A DNA stretch of 64,000 nt from an uncultured Candidatus Saccharibacteria bacterium (GCA_964478595.1 CAYZIN010000003.1:1357-65356); one strand, 5' to 3'; positions 28,034-38,423 are shown, counted from the stretch's first letter. Translations and numbers: made by a program. Notes: generated by a model not told the origin, from the sequence alone.

Positions 28034-29296
28034 ATGGCAGAGATTCTGCCCGAGATCGAAACATTTGCCAGAATTAAAGTAGTCGGCGTCGGCGGAGGTG
28101 GCGGATCGGCGGTCAACCGCATGATTAAAGCCAAACTGCAGGGTGTCGAATTTGTGGCGGTTAACACCGACGCGCAGGCTCTTCATAATTCTCACGCTCC
28201 GCGCAAGGTTCACATTGGTAAACAAACCACTCGTGGTTTGGGGGCTGGTGCTGACCCAGAAGTTGGTCGCCGAGCAGCCGAGGAAAGCGAAGCTGAAATT
28301 TTTGAGGCGCTAAAGGGCGCCGACATGGTCTTTATGACCGCCGGTGAAGGTGGCGGAACCGGTTCCGGCGCGAGTCCGCTAATTGCTCAGGCAGCTAAAG
28401 AAAGCGGCTCCTTAGTGGTTGCGATTGTGACTCGTCCATTTACGTTTGAGGGTGAACGCCGCAAGCGGGTGGCTGAAAAGGCTATTCAGGAGCTCAAGGA
28501 TAAAACCGACGCGCTTATTACCATTCCAAACGATCGGCTACTGTCGATGATTGACCGCAAAACTTCTTTAATTGACGCTTTTGGTATTGTCGATGATGTC
28601 TTGCGTCAAGGTGTCCAGGGTATTTCCGATTTAATTACCATTCAAGGATTAATCAACCTCGACTTTGCTGACGTGAAGGCGATTATGCAAGGTGCTGGTA
28701 CTGCGTTGATGGGTATTGGGCGAGCCAGCGGCGAGAACCGGGCGATCGAAGCGGCGCAACAGGCTATTGATTCGCCTTTGCTTGAGATTTCTGTTAACGG
28801 CGCCAAGGGTGTGCTGTTTAATGTGACCGGCGGACGCAATATGGGCATGCACGAAATCGACCAAGCCGCCAAAACCATTACCGATGCCGTTGATCCCGAA
28901 GCCAACATTATTTTTGGTGCAGTGCTTGATGAAACTCTGGATGACGAAATTAAAATCACCGTCGTGGCGACCGGATTTGAACCGAAGAAAACGCAACAAC
29001 AGCAGCAACAGCAACCTTACAGCTTTTCTTCTTATGTCTCCGGGACTCGCGGACCTTTCATTAATGAAAGGCCAGCAGAGGTGATTGAAGAAGAGGTGAC
29101 CGAAACCGTGGAGGTGATAGAGCCGGTGGCCAGTATTGAGCCTGAGCCGCTGTTTAATCGCGACATTGAGCCCGAGGCGGAAATAGTTGAACCGGCTAGA
29201 GCCGAGAAGGTTGAGACGGCGGCCGACTGGACCGAAGTCTCTCTCGACGACGATGATTTAGATGTGCCAGCTTTTATAAGAAAGAAGATAGACTAA
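28034..29296 (+). CDS. ftsZ: Cell division protein FtsZ
   Basis: It has the tubulin signature GGGTGSG. A Q7 linker lies ahead of the conserved C-terminal peptide ([13 protein letters not shown]). Confidence 0.95.
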   Translation: MAEILPEIETFARIKVVGVGGGGGSAVNRMIKAKLQGVEFVAVNTDAQALHNSHAPRKVHIGKQTTRGLGAGADPEVGRRAAEESEAEIFEALKGADMVFMTAGEGGGTGSGASPLIAQAAKESGSLVVAIVTRPFTFEGERRKRVAEKAIQELKDKTDALITIPNDRLLSMIDRKTSLIDAFGIVDDVLRQGVQGISDLITIQGLINLDFADVKAIMQGAGTALMGIGRASGENRAIEAAQQAIDSPLLEISVNGAKGVLFNVTGGRNMGMHEIDQAAKTITDAVDPEANIIFGAVLDETLDDEIKITVVATGFEPKKTQQQQQQQPYSFSSYVSGTRGPFINERPAEVIEEEVTETVEVIEPVASIEPEPLFNRDIEPEAEIVEPARAEKVETAADWTEVSLDDDDLDVPAFIRKKID

Positions 29297-29308
29297 GCAC
29301 AAAAAGTA

Positions 29309-29339
29309 TTGACACGCCCTCTACCATTAGCGTTATGAT
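29309..29339 (+). promoter_or_regulatory. Candidate nrdR promoter (TTGACA ... TATGAT)
   Basis: The -35 TTGACA is at 29309-29314. TATGAT lies 18-19 nt downstream. Confidence 0.4.
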
Positions 29340-29373
29340 GTAATTCGCTTACGCTAAATGTAGGGGGTATGTT

Positions 29374-29829
29374 ATTAAGTGTCACGAATGTGACTATCTA
29401 GACTCCAAGGTTATCGAATCGCGGGATGCCGACGGATTGTCGATTCGCCGCCGCCGCCAGTGTTTACGCTGCGGCTTTCGATTTACCACCTACGAACGAG
29501 CAGAGTCAGCCAAACTATCGGTCGTTAAAAAAGATGGGCGACGGGAATTATTTGATCGCGAAAAAGTGTCGGGCGGAATTTATCGGGCTTGTGAGAAACG
29601 GCCGGTGGCAGTGGCTTTAATTGAAGAAGTTGTCGACCAAATCGAGCGGGATTTGAGGGCAAGGGGGGAGGCTGAAATCGTTTCCAGCGAAATCGGTGAG
29701 CTTGTGATGCAAAAATTAATAACGCTAGATGACGTGGCTTACGTTCGATTTGCCAGTGTGTATCGCAGTTTTGCCGACTTGGCCAGTTTTGAGGCGGAGG
29801 TTGCGCGGCTTAAAAACCGGCCGGCTTGA
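29374..29829 (+). CDS. nrdR: Transcriptional repressor NrdR, apparently initiating at a non-canonical ATT codon
   Basis: The conserved N-terminal zinc ribbon (KCHEC ... RRRRQCLRCGFRFTTYE) and the ATP-cone lie in one frame. The first CxxC at 29380 is upstream of every ATG/GTG/TTG. An in-frame stop is at 29341. ATT at 29374 is preceded by an AGGGGG RBS with a 6-nt spacing, giving M-K-C-H-E-C like canonical NrdR. Confidence 0.75.
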   Translation: MKCHECDYLDSKVIESRDADGLSIRRRRQCLRCGFRFTTYERAESAKLSVVKKDGRRELFDREKVSGGIYRACEKRPVAVALIEEVVDQIERDLRARGEAEIVSSEIGELVMQKLITLDDVAYVRFASVYRSFADLASFEAEVARLKNRPA

Positions 29830-29892
29830 CGTTGACCCCGCACCTTTGACCTTAAAAGGTGCCGGGCTAGCGCCAAAACCGCTAGGGGGACT

Positions 29893-29911
29893 TTGACAAC
29901 TAGATTCTAGT
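29893..29911 (+). promoter_or_regulatory. TTGACA -35 hexamer abutting a 13-bp palindrome (ACTAGAtTCTAGT), a candidate NrdR box upstream of the RNR gene
   Basis: The palindrome directly overlaps the putative promoter of nrdJ. NrdR boxes are palindromic operators at nrd promoters. Confidence 0.35.
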
Positions 29912-30000
29912 TTATTTCTTCGAACTGTCTGGGGGGCGGAGCATCTGTGAGGGTGCAGTTGCTTCGCTGCCTGGACGGTCTACGAAAGAAAGGAACGCAA

Positions 30001-32754
30001 GTGACAGTTACGGAAATCAAGCCGTACGAAGAGCTGAAGGCTCGATTGGCGGAGGAGTTCGAGTTGGAGAAGGCGCGCAAGCCTTCATTCACCGAGAACT
30101 CGCGTACTACCTTCGACCTTCGATACTCAGTGAAGAACGAGGCCGGCGAACTGTCGGAGGATCCCCGCGAGGCGATCTGGCGGGTAAACTCCAACGTCTC
30201 CAGCATCACCCCGCTTTACTCGGGCTACCAAGGAACGACGGAGCCGGCGGAGGTTGATCGCGACACGGTGCCGTTCCCGCTGAAGCAGGCAGTTCGTCAG
30301 TACAACTGGTTGCTGAAGCAGGATCGGGTGCATTGCTCGTTCGAGGAACTGATGACCCACGGGGTCGACCAGTGGATCGAGCGGGCTCATACGTACCAGG
30401 AGATGGCGACGAGTTGGGACCACGTGTTCAATTCGCCGACTTGGACCGGAGCGGGGACTGGCCTGATGCAGTTGGCCGCTTGTTTCGTCCTGCCGATCTC
30501 CGACGACCTCGGCCGCGGCCGCTCGAGCATCTTCGAGACGCTCAAGGTGGCGGCGCTGATCCAGCAGACCGGCGGGGGCAATGGCTTCTCCTTCTCGGCG
30601 CTGCGCCCCAGCGGATCGCTGGTCCGGCGCAGCATGGGCAAGGCGACTGGGCCGATGGGCTTCCTCGAGGTCTACAACGCGGCCTTCGGCGTGATCGCTC
30701 AGGGTGGTTCGCGCCGGGGTGCCAACATGGGTGTGCTGCGAGTCAGCCACCCGGACATCCGGCCGTTCATCCAGTCGAAGGTTGTCGAGGGAGAGATCGG
30801 CAACTTCAACCTGAGCGTGGCGATCGAAGACGCGTTCATGGACGCCGTCGAACGCGACGGCGACTGGGTCTTGCAGTGGAAGCTCAACTCGCCGACGGAC
30901 GATCCGGTTGACTACCAGTTGACCGAGACCATCCGGGCGCGGGAGCTCTACGACGAGATCGTCAAGAACGCTTGGGTGATCGGAGACCCCGGCAACCTGT
31001 TCATCGATCGAGCCAACCGGGACAACCCGGTGCCGAAGCTCTACGTTCTGGAAGCCACCAATCCCTGCGGGGAACAGTGGCTGCCGCCGTATTCGAACTG
31101 CTGCCTCGGCTCGATCGCGGTCGTCAACTTCGTCGAATGGGACGAAGCGCGCGGTTGTTACGTCATGAACTGGGAGCGGCTGCGTCAAACGATCGTCCTG
31201 GCAACCGAAGCGCTCGACGACGTCATCGACGCCAACGCCTACGTTCCGGAAGTTCCGGAGCTGGAGGCGGCGGCGCAGGGCGAGCGGCGAATCGGGTTGG
31301 GCCAGATGGGCCAAGCGGATGCCATGATCAAACTCGGCATTCGTTACGGCGCTGCGGACGGTCTCGACTTCGCCAGCCAGCTGACGGAGTTCGTGCGTTA
31401 CCACAGCATGCTGACGTCGATTCGGCGGGCCAAAGAGCGCGGACCGTTCGAGTGGATCGAAGATTCGATCTACGATCCGAAGTTGCTGCGTGAACTCGGT
31501 CCCGGGGCGGAGATCTCAGGCGAAATGACCGATGGCAGCGGGCGGATGTACTCGTCGCGGCTATGGCAGCCGCCAACGCCGCTGGTCAAACACGAACGCG
31601 ACTTCGGCCGGCCGGACTGCGACTGGATCGTCGTGACCGAAGGCATCATGGAGCACGGCATCCGCAACGCCTGTCAGCTGACCATCGCCCCGACCGGCAC
31701 CATTGGTACTGTGTCGGCGATGGAGGGCTACGGCTGCGAACCGCTGTTCGCGCTGATCTACGAGCGGACGGTGATGCAGGAAGGCAAGGACATCAAGCTC
31801 TACTACCTGTCACCGCTGTTCGTTGAGGCTCTGCAGCGCGCCGGTATCGACGACGCGACGCAGAAGAAGATCCTGGACAAGGTCAAGGAAACGGGGTCGT
31901 GCCAGGGGATCGAAGAGGTGCCGGCCGAGATCCAGAATGTGTTCGTGGTGTCGGCCGATGTGACCGGCGATGAGCACGTTTGGACGCAGGCTGTCATCCA
32001 GCGGTTCGTCGACAACTCGATTTCCAAGACCATCAACCTCCCCAAAGAGGCGACGGTTGAGGACGTGTCGGCTGCCTACAAGCTGGCTTACCAGCTCGGT
32101 TGCAAGGGCATCACGGTTTACCGGCAGGGTAGTCGGGAACGTGAGGTTCTGGCAACGGGCAAGGGCGACCAGACGATCGATCCGGATCACTGGCCGTTCA
32201 TCGAGCCGATGCCGCTGCCCGGCTACGTCGAGACGGTGGGTCTACCGACGCGGACACTGCGGATGCCGACGCCGTTCGGTAAGCTTCACGGGTATCTGAC
32301 GGAGCTGGTCGAACACCCGGGGCGTCCGTTTGACACACGGCTGCAGTTCGGTAAGGCCGGCAACGACAAGGCGGCCGACATCGAAGCCATCGGTCGGTTG
32401 ATCTCGCTGTGCTTCCGGGCGGGAATCAACGTCAAGGATGTGGTTGACCAGCTCGAAGGCATTGGCGGTCAGAGTCAAATCGGGTTCCGCGACCGGAAGG
32501 TGCGGTCTTCGCCCGACGCGATCGCCAAGACCTTGAAGCGGCTTTACATGCCTGAAGAGTGGGCAGCCGACTACGCTCTTGACACCCCAACCAACGGCTC
32601 AGCGCCCACGGTTGTGGCGGAGCCGGCGGCTGTGAGCAAGCCGCGCGGTGATTTGTGCCCGGAGTGCAAGAACTACTCGGTAGTTCACATTCAGGGTTGC
32701 AAGTACTGCAAGCGGGAGCTGGGGGGCTGCGGCAAGCAGCTCAACTGCGACTAG
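30001..32754 (+). CDS. nrdJ: Class II (adenosylcobalamin-dependent) ribonucleotide reductase with C-terminal zinc ribbon
   Basis: It has the TNPCGEQWL active-site motif and class II-like domains. The C-terminus is CPECKN...[19 protein letters not shown] is about 63%. The start is proposed as GTG 30001 with an AAAGGA RBS. The ORF-track GTG at 29947 is also possible. Confidence 0.9.
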   Translation: MTVTEIKPYEELKARLAEEFELEKARKPSFTENSRTTFDLRYSVKNEAGELSEDPREAIWRVNSNVSSITPLYSGYQGTTEPAEVDRDTVPFPLKQAVRQYNWLLKQDRVHCSFEELMTHGVDQWIERAHTYQEMATSWDHVFNSPTWTGAGTGLMQLAACFVLPISDDLGRGRSSIFETLKVAALIQQTGGGNGFSFSALRPSGSLVRRSMGKATGPMGFLEVYNAAFGVIAQGGSRRGANMGVLRVSHPDIRPFIQSKVVEGEIGNFNLSVAIEDAFMDAVERDGDWVLQWKLNSPTDDPVDYQLTETIRARELYDEIVKNAWVIGDPGNLFIDRANRDNPVPKLYVLEATNPCGEQWLPPYSNCCLGSIAVVNFVEWDEARGCYVMNWERLRQTIVLATEALDDVIDANAYVPEVPELEAAAQGERRIGLGQMGQADAMIKLGIRYGAADGLDFASQLTEFVRYHSMLTSIRRAKERGPFEWIEDSIYDPKLLRELGPGAEISGEMTDGSGRMYSSRLWQPPTPLVKHERDFGRPDCDWIVVTEGIMEHGIRNACQLTIAPTGTIGTVSAMEGYGCEPLFALIYERTVMQEGKDIKLYYLSPLFVEALQRAGIDDATQKKILDKVKETGSCQGIEEVPAEIQNVFVVSADVTGDEHVWTQAVIQRFVDNSISKTINLPKEATVEDVSAAYKLAYQLGCKGITVYRQGSREREVLATGKGDQTIDPDHWPFIEPMPLPGYVETVGLPTRTLRMPTPFGKLHGYLTELVEHPGRPFDTRLQFGKAGNDKAADIEAIGRLISLCFRAGINVKDVVDQLEGIGGQSQIGFRDRKVRSSPDAIAKTLKRLYMPEEWAADYALDTPTNGSAPTVVAEPAAVSKPRGDLCPECKNYSVVHIQGCKYCKRELGGCGKQLNCD

Positions 32755-32843
32755 CAACAACGGTTTGATCGCTTATTTAGTGATCGGACGCGAGAGAGGG
32801 TGGGTCCAACCGGACCTGCCCTCTTTTCGTTTATAATAAGAAT

Positions 32844-33104
32844 ATGACCGCATACGTTTTTTATAGCGCCGACAACGGGCCAGAGGTTCGCAAATGCAAA
32901 GAATTTATCGACCAGTTGACTCGGCAGAAAGTCGACTGCAGCCCCACCGAATTTAATAGCCGGCAAGCAATTGTGCTGCGCGAGACATATGACATTATGG
33001 ATCACCCCGCAGTGGTACTCACACGCTTGGATGGTAGCTTAGTGAATAAGTGGCAAGGTGACTGGCCGCTCGTTTCAGAACTAACTTACTTTGCTCATAT
33101 CTAA
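32844..33104 (+). CDS. Small thioredoxin/glutaredoxin-fold-like protein lacking the CxxC motif
   Basis: The secondary-structure pattern resembles NrdH/Grx (β-strand VFYSA, cis-Pro-like HPAVVL). The redox-active CxxC is replaced by DNGP. It lies immediately after the RNR gene. Confidence 0.3.
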   Translation: MTAYVFYSADNGPEVRKCKEFIDQLTRQKVDCSPTEFNSRQAIVLRETYDIMDHPAVVLTRLDGSLVNKWQGDWPLVSELTYFAHI

Positions 33105-33125
33105 ATTCTCGATAGAATTAAGAGA

Positions 33126-35957
33126 ATGAAAAAAGCCGCGCGACCAGATTTACCGGCCTTTGAAGCCGAAATGCTAAAGGTCTGGGATGCCGAGAAGGCG
33201 TTCCAAAAGTCCTTGGAGTTACGCAAAAGCGGCAAACGTTTCCGGTTCTTCGACGGCCCGCCCTTTGCCAACGGCGAGCCTCATTACGGCCATATCGAAC
33301 AGGCAGCCATTAAAGATGCCATCGCCCGCTATAAAACCATGCGGGGCTACTACGTGCCCAGACGGCTCGGTTACGACACTCATGGTTTGCCGGTCGAGTT
33401 CGCAGTCGAAAAAGAGCTGGGCTTTAAGAACAAGCAAGACATTATCGATCACGGTGTCGACAAATTTATCGAGGCTTGTCGGGCGGTGGTATTTAAGCAC
33501 CGAGGCGACTTTGAACGGATGCATCACCGGATTGGCCGTTGGGCAGGTTTTGACGACACCTACGCCACACTCGACCAAGATTATATGGAAAGCGTTTGGT
33601 GGGTGTTCGGCGAAATTTATAAGAAAGGCCTGGTTTATCAAGGCTTTAAATCGCTGCCATACTGCCCGCGCTGCGCCACTCCACTTTCCAACTTTGAAAT
33701 GAACGACGGCTATAAAGACGACGTGATGGACCCGAGTTTTTACGTGAAGTTTAAGTTAAGAGACGAAGATGCTTACATGCTCGCTTGGACCACAACGCCC
33801 TGGAGTTTACCGGGTAATGTCGCGTTAGCGGTTCAGGCTGAGGCTGACTACGCCACGGTGGAAGTTAAGGGCCACGGTAGATTGATTTTAGCCAAGGACC
33901 GATTAGAAGTTCTCGATCTCAAAGGCCACGAATTTAATATCGAATCGACCCGCAAGGGCAGGGCTTTAGTCGGGCTACATTACGAGCCGCTGTACGAAGT
34001 TTCCGACGAGCCGAAAGCTTACGCAATTTACGACTCTAAAGAGGTGAGCTTAGAAGATGGAACCGGTATTTTGCACGTTGCGCCGGCGTTTGGTGAAGTA
34101 GACTTAGCCTTTGGGCAAGAACATGGCTTACCAGTCCTTTCAACCCTTGATCCGAACGGCAAAGTGATTGAGGGGCCCGACGAAGCTAAGGGGCGGTTCT
34201 TTAAGGATGCCGACAAACCGATAATTGCCGATTTAACCAAACGGGGACTGGACTTCGCGGCCGAATACGAACCCCACACTTATCCGTTTTGCTGGCGCTG
34301 CGAGACGCCGTTATTTTATTACGCTATCTCAACTTGGTTTGTTGAGGTTACCAAAATCCGCGAACAGTTAGTGGAGGCCGGAAAGGAAACTACTTGGACG
34401 CCGGGCCATGTTAAGACCGGCCGGTTTGTGAAATGGCTGGAGGGAGCTCGAGATTGGGCGATTTCCCGCAACCGGTTTTGGGGGACGCCAATTCCAATTT
34501 GGCGATGCGGCGAAGGCCACGACACCGTACTTAGTAGCGTGGAGCAATTAGAAAAACTCTCGGGCCGATCGGTTAAAGAACTGCACAAACCCTACATCGA
34601 TGAAGTCAAAATTAAATGTGGTGAATGCGGCAAAGAGGCGACCCGTATCGAGGAGGTGTTTGATTGTTGGTTTGAGTCGGGCTCAATGCCGTACGGCCAA
34701 GACCATTATCCGTTTGAGAATAAAGTCGAGTTTGATGCCTCGTTTCCGGCCGACTTTATTGTCGAGGCAATTGAACAGGTCCATCTGTGGTTTTATACCC
34801 TTCACGTTTTGGGCGTAGCGTTGTTTGATAAGCCCGCTTACACCAACGTCGTCGCTACTGGTTTAATTTTGGCAGCTGATGGTCGGAAATTGTCTAAACG
34901 ACTTAAGAACTTCCCACCGGTCGAGGAATTGTTCGAAAAATATGGCGCCGACAGCGTGCGCTTTTTCTTGCTTTCGAGCCCACTCATGTACGCAGAGGCT
35001 ACCCGGCTAGATCAGGACGCTATTCGCGACGTCGAGCGCAATGTTTTTCTGACCCTTTGGAATACCCATAGCTTCCTTACGACTTACGCCGAGATCGACA
35101 AATGGGAACCACCAACGGAAATCGCAGAGCCCAAGAGCGATAACCTCCTCGACCAATGGATTGTTAGTCGGCTTAATCAAACGATCAGTGAGGTTACCAA
35201 ACAAGCCGAGGAGTATCAAATTGCGGCAGCCTTACGGCCAATCCAGGAGTTGATCGACGATTTGTCGAATTGGTATGTCAGACGATCGCGTCGACGGTTT
35301 TGGAAAAGTGAAAGTGACAGCGATAAAAACCAAGCGTACGCCACGCTGCATTTTGTTTTGGCGCAAGTTTGCCAAATAATGGCGCCTTGGTCGCCGTTCG
35401 TAACCGACCAGATTTTTCGCAATCTGACAAATGAAAGTGTGCATTTTTCCAACTGGCCGGAGGCTGGAAGAATCGATGATGCAGTTATTGAACAAATGGA
35501 TTTGGCCCGAAAAATCGTACAAGAAGGTCTGGCTCAACGCGGCGAAGCCAAAATTAAAGTTCGCCAGCCGTTAGCTAAATTGGAGATTATCGACGAGCTG
35601 CCCGAGCCACTACGGGTGATCATCGCCGAAGAGGTGAATGTCAAAGAGGTGATAACGGGAAAAGCCCTCAAGCTTGATACCGAACTGACCGATGAGCTTA
35701 AAGCCGAAGGTTTGGCGCGTGAAGTGATTCGGCACATTCAACAACTCCGCAAAGAGCTCGACCTAAAAGTGGACGACCGCATCAATCTAAGCCTTTCGAC
35801 TAAGGATGGTGAACTTAAGGTTGCAATTAATTCCCACTTAGATCTGATAAAATCCGAGACATTGGCAGCCGAGTTGTCGGACCAAAGCACCGATGGTCCA
35901 AGACCAGTGGCAATCGATGGTAAAGAGCTGGAGGTAGGAGTTGAGCGAGCGAGTTAG
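33126..35957 (+). CDS. ileS: Isoleucyl-tRNA synthetase (type 2, about 940 aa)
   Basis: It has the HIGH motif PHYGH, the KMSKS variant KLSKR and CxxC pairs in the editing region. Confidence 0.95.
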   Translation: MKKAARPDLPAFEAEMLKVWDAEKAFQKSLELRKSGKRFRFFDGPPFANGEPHYGHIEQAAIKDAIARYKTMRGYYVPRRLGYDTHGLPVEFAVEKELGFKNKQDIIDHGVDKFIEACRAVVFKHRGDFERMHHRIGRWAGFDDTYATLDQDYMESVWWVFGEIYKKGLVYQGFKSLPYCPRCATPLSNFEMNDGYKDDVMDPSFYVKFKLRDEDAYMLAWTTTPWSLPGNVALAVQAEADYATVEVKGHGRLILAKDRLEVLDLKGHEFNIESTRKGRALVGLHYEPLYEVSDEPKAYAIYDSKEVSLEDGTGILHVAPAFGEVDLAFGQEHGLPVLSTLDPNGKVIEGPDEAKGRFFKDADKPIIADLTKRGLDFAAEYEPHTYPFCWRCETPLFYYAISTWFVEVTKIREQLVEAGKETTWTPGHVKTGRFVKWLEGARDWAISRNRFWGTPIPIWRCGEGHDTVLSSVEQLEKLSGRSVKELHKPYIDEVKIKCGECGKEATRIEEVFDCWFESGSMPYGQDHYPFENKVEFDASFPADFIVEAIEQVHLWFYTLHVLGVALFDKPAYTNVVATGLILAADGRKLSKRLKNFPPVEELFEKYGADSVRFFLLSSPLMYAEATRLDQDAIRDVERNVFLTLWNTHSFLTTYAEIDKWEPPTEIAEPKSDNLLDQWIVSRLNQTISEVTKQAEEYQIAAALRPIQELIDDLSNWYVRRSRRRFWKSESDSDKNQAYATLHFVLAQVCQIMAPWSPFVTDQIFRNLTNESVHFSNWPEAGRIDDAVIEQMDLARKIVQEGLAQRGEAKIKVRQPLAKLEIIDELPEPLRVIIAEEVNVKEVITGKALKLDTELTDELKAEGLAREVIRHIQQLRKELDLKVDDRINLSLSTKDGELKVAINSHLDLIKSETLAAELSDQSTDGPRPVAIDGKELEVGVERAS

Positions 35958-36411
35958 TGGTTGCGATGTCTGCCCATTCATAGACAACCCCGACGCATTG
36001 GTGCTTCGCAGCAAGTATTGGATGGTGAATGTAGCGCCGGAGCAGAATTACCTGGGTCGCTGCTACGTCAGTCTGCTTGAGCACAAAGGGGACTTGGCGG
36101 AGCTTTCGAGTGAGGAGTGGCTTGATTTCGCCGCAGTGCTAAAGCAGCTTGAGTTGGCGATTCGCCAGGCCTTTGGGGCTGAGCTGTTTAACTGGGCATG
36201 TTTGATGAATAACGCCTACAAAGTCCATCCTTCCCACCCCCACGTTCACTGGCACGTCCGGCCGCGTTACAGCCTCGTCCATGTCCCTAGCTTTCGGGGC
36301 ACGCAGTATCACGACCAGAAGTTTGGTCACAACTACGACCGCGAGGCCAAGAAGCCGGTTGGACCAGAACTCCAACAAGCCATCGCCACCGAACTCAAGA
36401 AATACGTTTAG
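35941..36411 (+). CDS. HIT-like (histidine triad) family protein
   Basis: It carries an HVHWHV triad. The start is TTG, overlapping the end of ileS. Confidence 0.6.
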   Translation: MSERVSGCDVCPFIDNPDALVLRSKYWMVNVAPEQNYLGRCYVSLLEHKGDLAELSSEEWLDFAAVLKQLELAIRQAFGAELFNWACLMNNAYKVHPSHPHVHWHVRPRYSLVHVPSFRGTQYHDQKFGHNYDREAKKPVGPELQQAIATELKKYV

Positions 36412-36455
36412 TCCGCAGGGCAAGAAGTCTGCGGGCTTCTTGTATACTGACAAAT

Positions 36456-37565
36456 ATGTTTAACGCGAGGGTTTGGCGAAGTTTCGACTGGTGGTTGTTT
36501 GCGCTAGCCGCCCTTTTAACTTCGATCGGACTTATAGTTTTATATTCACTTGGTTTTAAAGCCGAGGGCGTCAGTGTGCCGGTCGATGCTCGTAATCAGG
36601 TAGCATTCGCGATTTTGGGAGCAGCGTTGTTGGTAGGGACCGCGTTAACAGATTATCGGCTGTGGGCTAAATACAGTCGCTGGTTGTACGGTTTAATGCT
36701 GCTGTTGCTCGGCTGGGTCGCGATCAACGGCCACTCAGCGCTCGGCGCGACTCGCTGGATCAACCTGGGCTTTTTCCAATTTCAGCCTTCGGAGCTGTCG
36801 AAATTAATCGTCATTATCGTATTGGCTAAGTTTTTGGCCGACCACTACGAGGAAATGAACCGAATTAAAAACGTCGCGCTATCGTTGGTTTATGTCCTAA
36901 TTCCAGCGGTTTTGGTATTAATTCAGCCCGACCTTGGTACGGCCATAGTTTACGCGTTTATTTGGACGGTCATGGTTTTGTCTAGCCGAGTCAAATTATC
37001 ACATTTCGCGGCTTTGTTTGCGCTAGCTGGCGCAATGGTACCGGTGGCAATTAAGCTAATGAAGCCCTATCAACGAGCCCGATTGGCGACGTTTTTGCAT
37101 CCAACGGCCGACCCATTGCGCGGCGGCTATAACGTTTTGCAGGCCACCATTGCTGTCGGTAGCGGCCAACTAAGGGGAAGAGGATTGGGCGCCGGTACGC
37201 AAAGCCAGCTGAACTTTTTGCCCTCTCAGCACACCGATTTTATCTTCGCGGTGGTGGGGGAGAAACTCGGTTTTATAGGGGGCATGCTGATAATCATCCT
37301 GTTTGTTTTACTGCTTTTGAGGGCTCTTGCCATTGCCGCCAAAGCCCAAGACCGCTTCGGGATGCTAATCGCTGTTGGGATTGCGACCATGCTTTTGGTG
37401 CATGTATTTATTAATGTCGGAATGAATTTGGGTTTGCTCCCGGTCACCGGAATTCCGCTGCCGTTTGTGTCTTATGGCGGCACCAGTTTAATCGTCGGAC
37501 TGATTGCGATCGGTTTGCTCGAATCAATTGCTATACGCCACAAAAAAATCTCCTTCGGCCGCTAG
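36456..37565 (+). CDS. SEDS family peptidoglycan glycosyltransferase (RodA/FtsW)
   Basis: It has about 10 TM helices and conserved SEDS loops (GAGTQSQLNFLPSQHTDFIFA). mreBCD-mrdA lies elsewhere in the window. Confidence 0.85.
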   Translation: MFNARVWRSFDWWLFALAALLTSIGLIVLYSLGFKAEGVSVPVDARNQVAFAILGAALLVGTALTDYRLWAKYSRWLYGLMLLLLGWVAINGHSALGATRWINLGFFQFQPSELSKLIVIIVLAKFLADHYEEMNRIKNVALSLVYVLIPAVLVLIQPDLGTAIVYAFIWTVMVLSSRVKLSHFAALFALAGAMVPVAIKLMKPYQRARLATFLHPTADPLRGGYNVLQATIAVGSGQLRGRGLGAGTQSQLNFLPSQHTDFIFAVVGEKLGFIGGMLIIILFVLLLLRALAIAAKAQDRFGMLIAVGIATMLLVHVFINVGMNLGLLPVTGIPLPFVSYGGTSLIVGLIAIGLLESIAIRHKKISFGR

Positions 37566-37642
37566 TATTGCCATAAGCGTTAAATCGGCGTAATATTCTC
37601 GCCATTCGCAGTGGGGCGAAGCACCAAGACATGGGGGAGAGG

Positions 37643-38071
37643 ATGACTAGGCTAAAGCAGTTTGGGGAAGTGGAGTTTCCGGTATCCCGGGAGGACCTAG
37701 CCAAGATCGCTGTCCAGGCAGGGCTGACTGCAGCCGACGGACGCAGAGTTCATACCATTGCGTACCGGCGCCTGCGCAAACTCAAGTACCAATTGGCGAG
37801 GAAGTCGAAGCCAATTTACGTCTACCTCTATTGCCCGAAGGGGTTTTGTGGTGGGGACGCTTGTGAGCGGATTAATGAGCACCTCATCGATGAGAGCTCG
37901 ATGCAGTGGGTGCCTGATCATCCGTCGCAAGGGCCGGTGATGAGCGCCGTGCTGGCTCAATTCCGTCGCTCGGAAGCTGCTAAACGCGGTTGGGAAACTC
38001 GCCGAAGCGTGAAAGCTCGTCGCTCAATCGCCGCCAAGCGAGGCTGGAAGAAGCGCCGGAGGGCGGCATGA
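37643..38071 (+). CDS. Hypothetical basic protein with duplicated AAKRGW(E/K) motif (GC-rich)
   Basis: An ATG is preceded by a GGGAGAGG RBS; the ORF-track start at 37631 is 12 nt upstream. The C-terminal tail is Arg/Lys-rich with an AAKRGWETRR...AAKRGWKKRRR repeat. Confidence 0.4.
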   Translation: MTRLKQFGEVEFPVSREDLAKIAVQAGLTAADGRRVHTIAYRRLRKLKYQLARKSKPIYVYLYCPKGFCGGDACERINEHLIDESSMQWVPDHPSQGPVMSAVLAQFRRSEAAKRGWETRRSVKARRSIAAKRGWKKRRRAA

Positions 38072-38361
38072 AGGCACTATTTCCGGTCGACGAAGCCGAA
38101 CAGATGATGACCATCTACGTTTGGCGCTATCAAACGCCGACCGACAGTTCGCTCGATCCGAGCTTTTGGTGGTACCGCGCGCTGCGTCAACTCTGGCACA
38201 GCCGCAAATGGAGTCGCGACTACGAGCGGATCATTAAACGGGCCGTTGAGCGCAACTACGTTGAGTTCAATCGCCCGTTGGTCAAACCCGAGTTGTTCGA
38301 CCTACTGACCGATGAACTCTGGGCAGACCTGGTCGGCTTTTTCGGCCAAGAGGCTGCGTGA
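38068..38361 (+). CDS. Hypothetical protein, translationally coupled (ATGA) to the preceding ORF
   Basis: An ATG at 38068 with a CCGGAGGG RBS overlaps the upstream stop. The protein is Trp-rich. The ORF-track start at 37990 lies inside the previous gene. Confidence 0.4.
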   Translation: MKALFPVDEAEQMMTIYVWRYQTPTDSSLDPSFWWYRALRQLWHSRKWSRDYERIIKRAVERNYVEFNRPLVKPELFDLLTDELWADLVGFFGQEAA

Positions 38362-38423
38362 ACACCATTCACGTAGCCTCGTTGTTTACAGATCAAAGTT
38401 GGTCTGGTAACATCCTTTGAGTC

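Noticed and set aside
28969-29000. Poly-glutamine tract (Q7) in the FtsZ linker as a separate feature
   Set aside because: It is a normal low-complexity part of the variable FtsZ C-terminal linker. At most it is a minor slippage-prone microsatellite.
30127-32478. Multiple long ORF-track ORFs antisense to or overlapping nrdJ (for example 30127-31404 minus, 30333-30911, 30972-31493, 31810-32190)
   Set aside because: They lie inside a 63% GC gene where stop codons are rare in every frame. They have no RBS and no recognisable domains, and are Arg/Pro/Ala-rich. The NrdJ frame carries all the conserved motifs.
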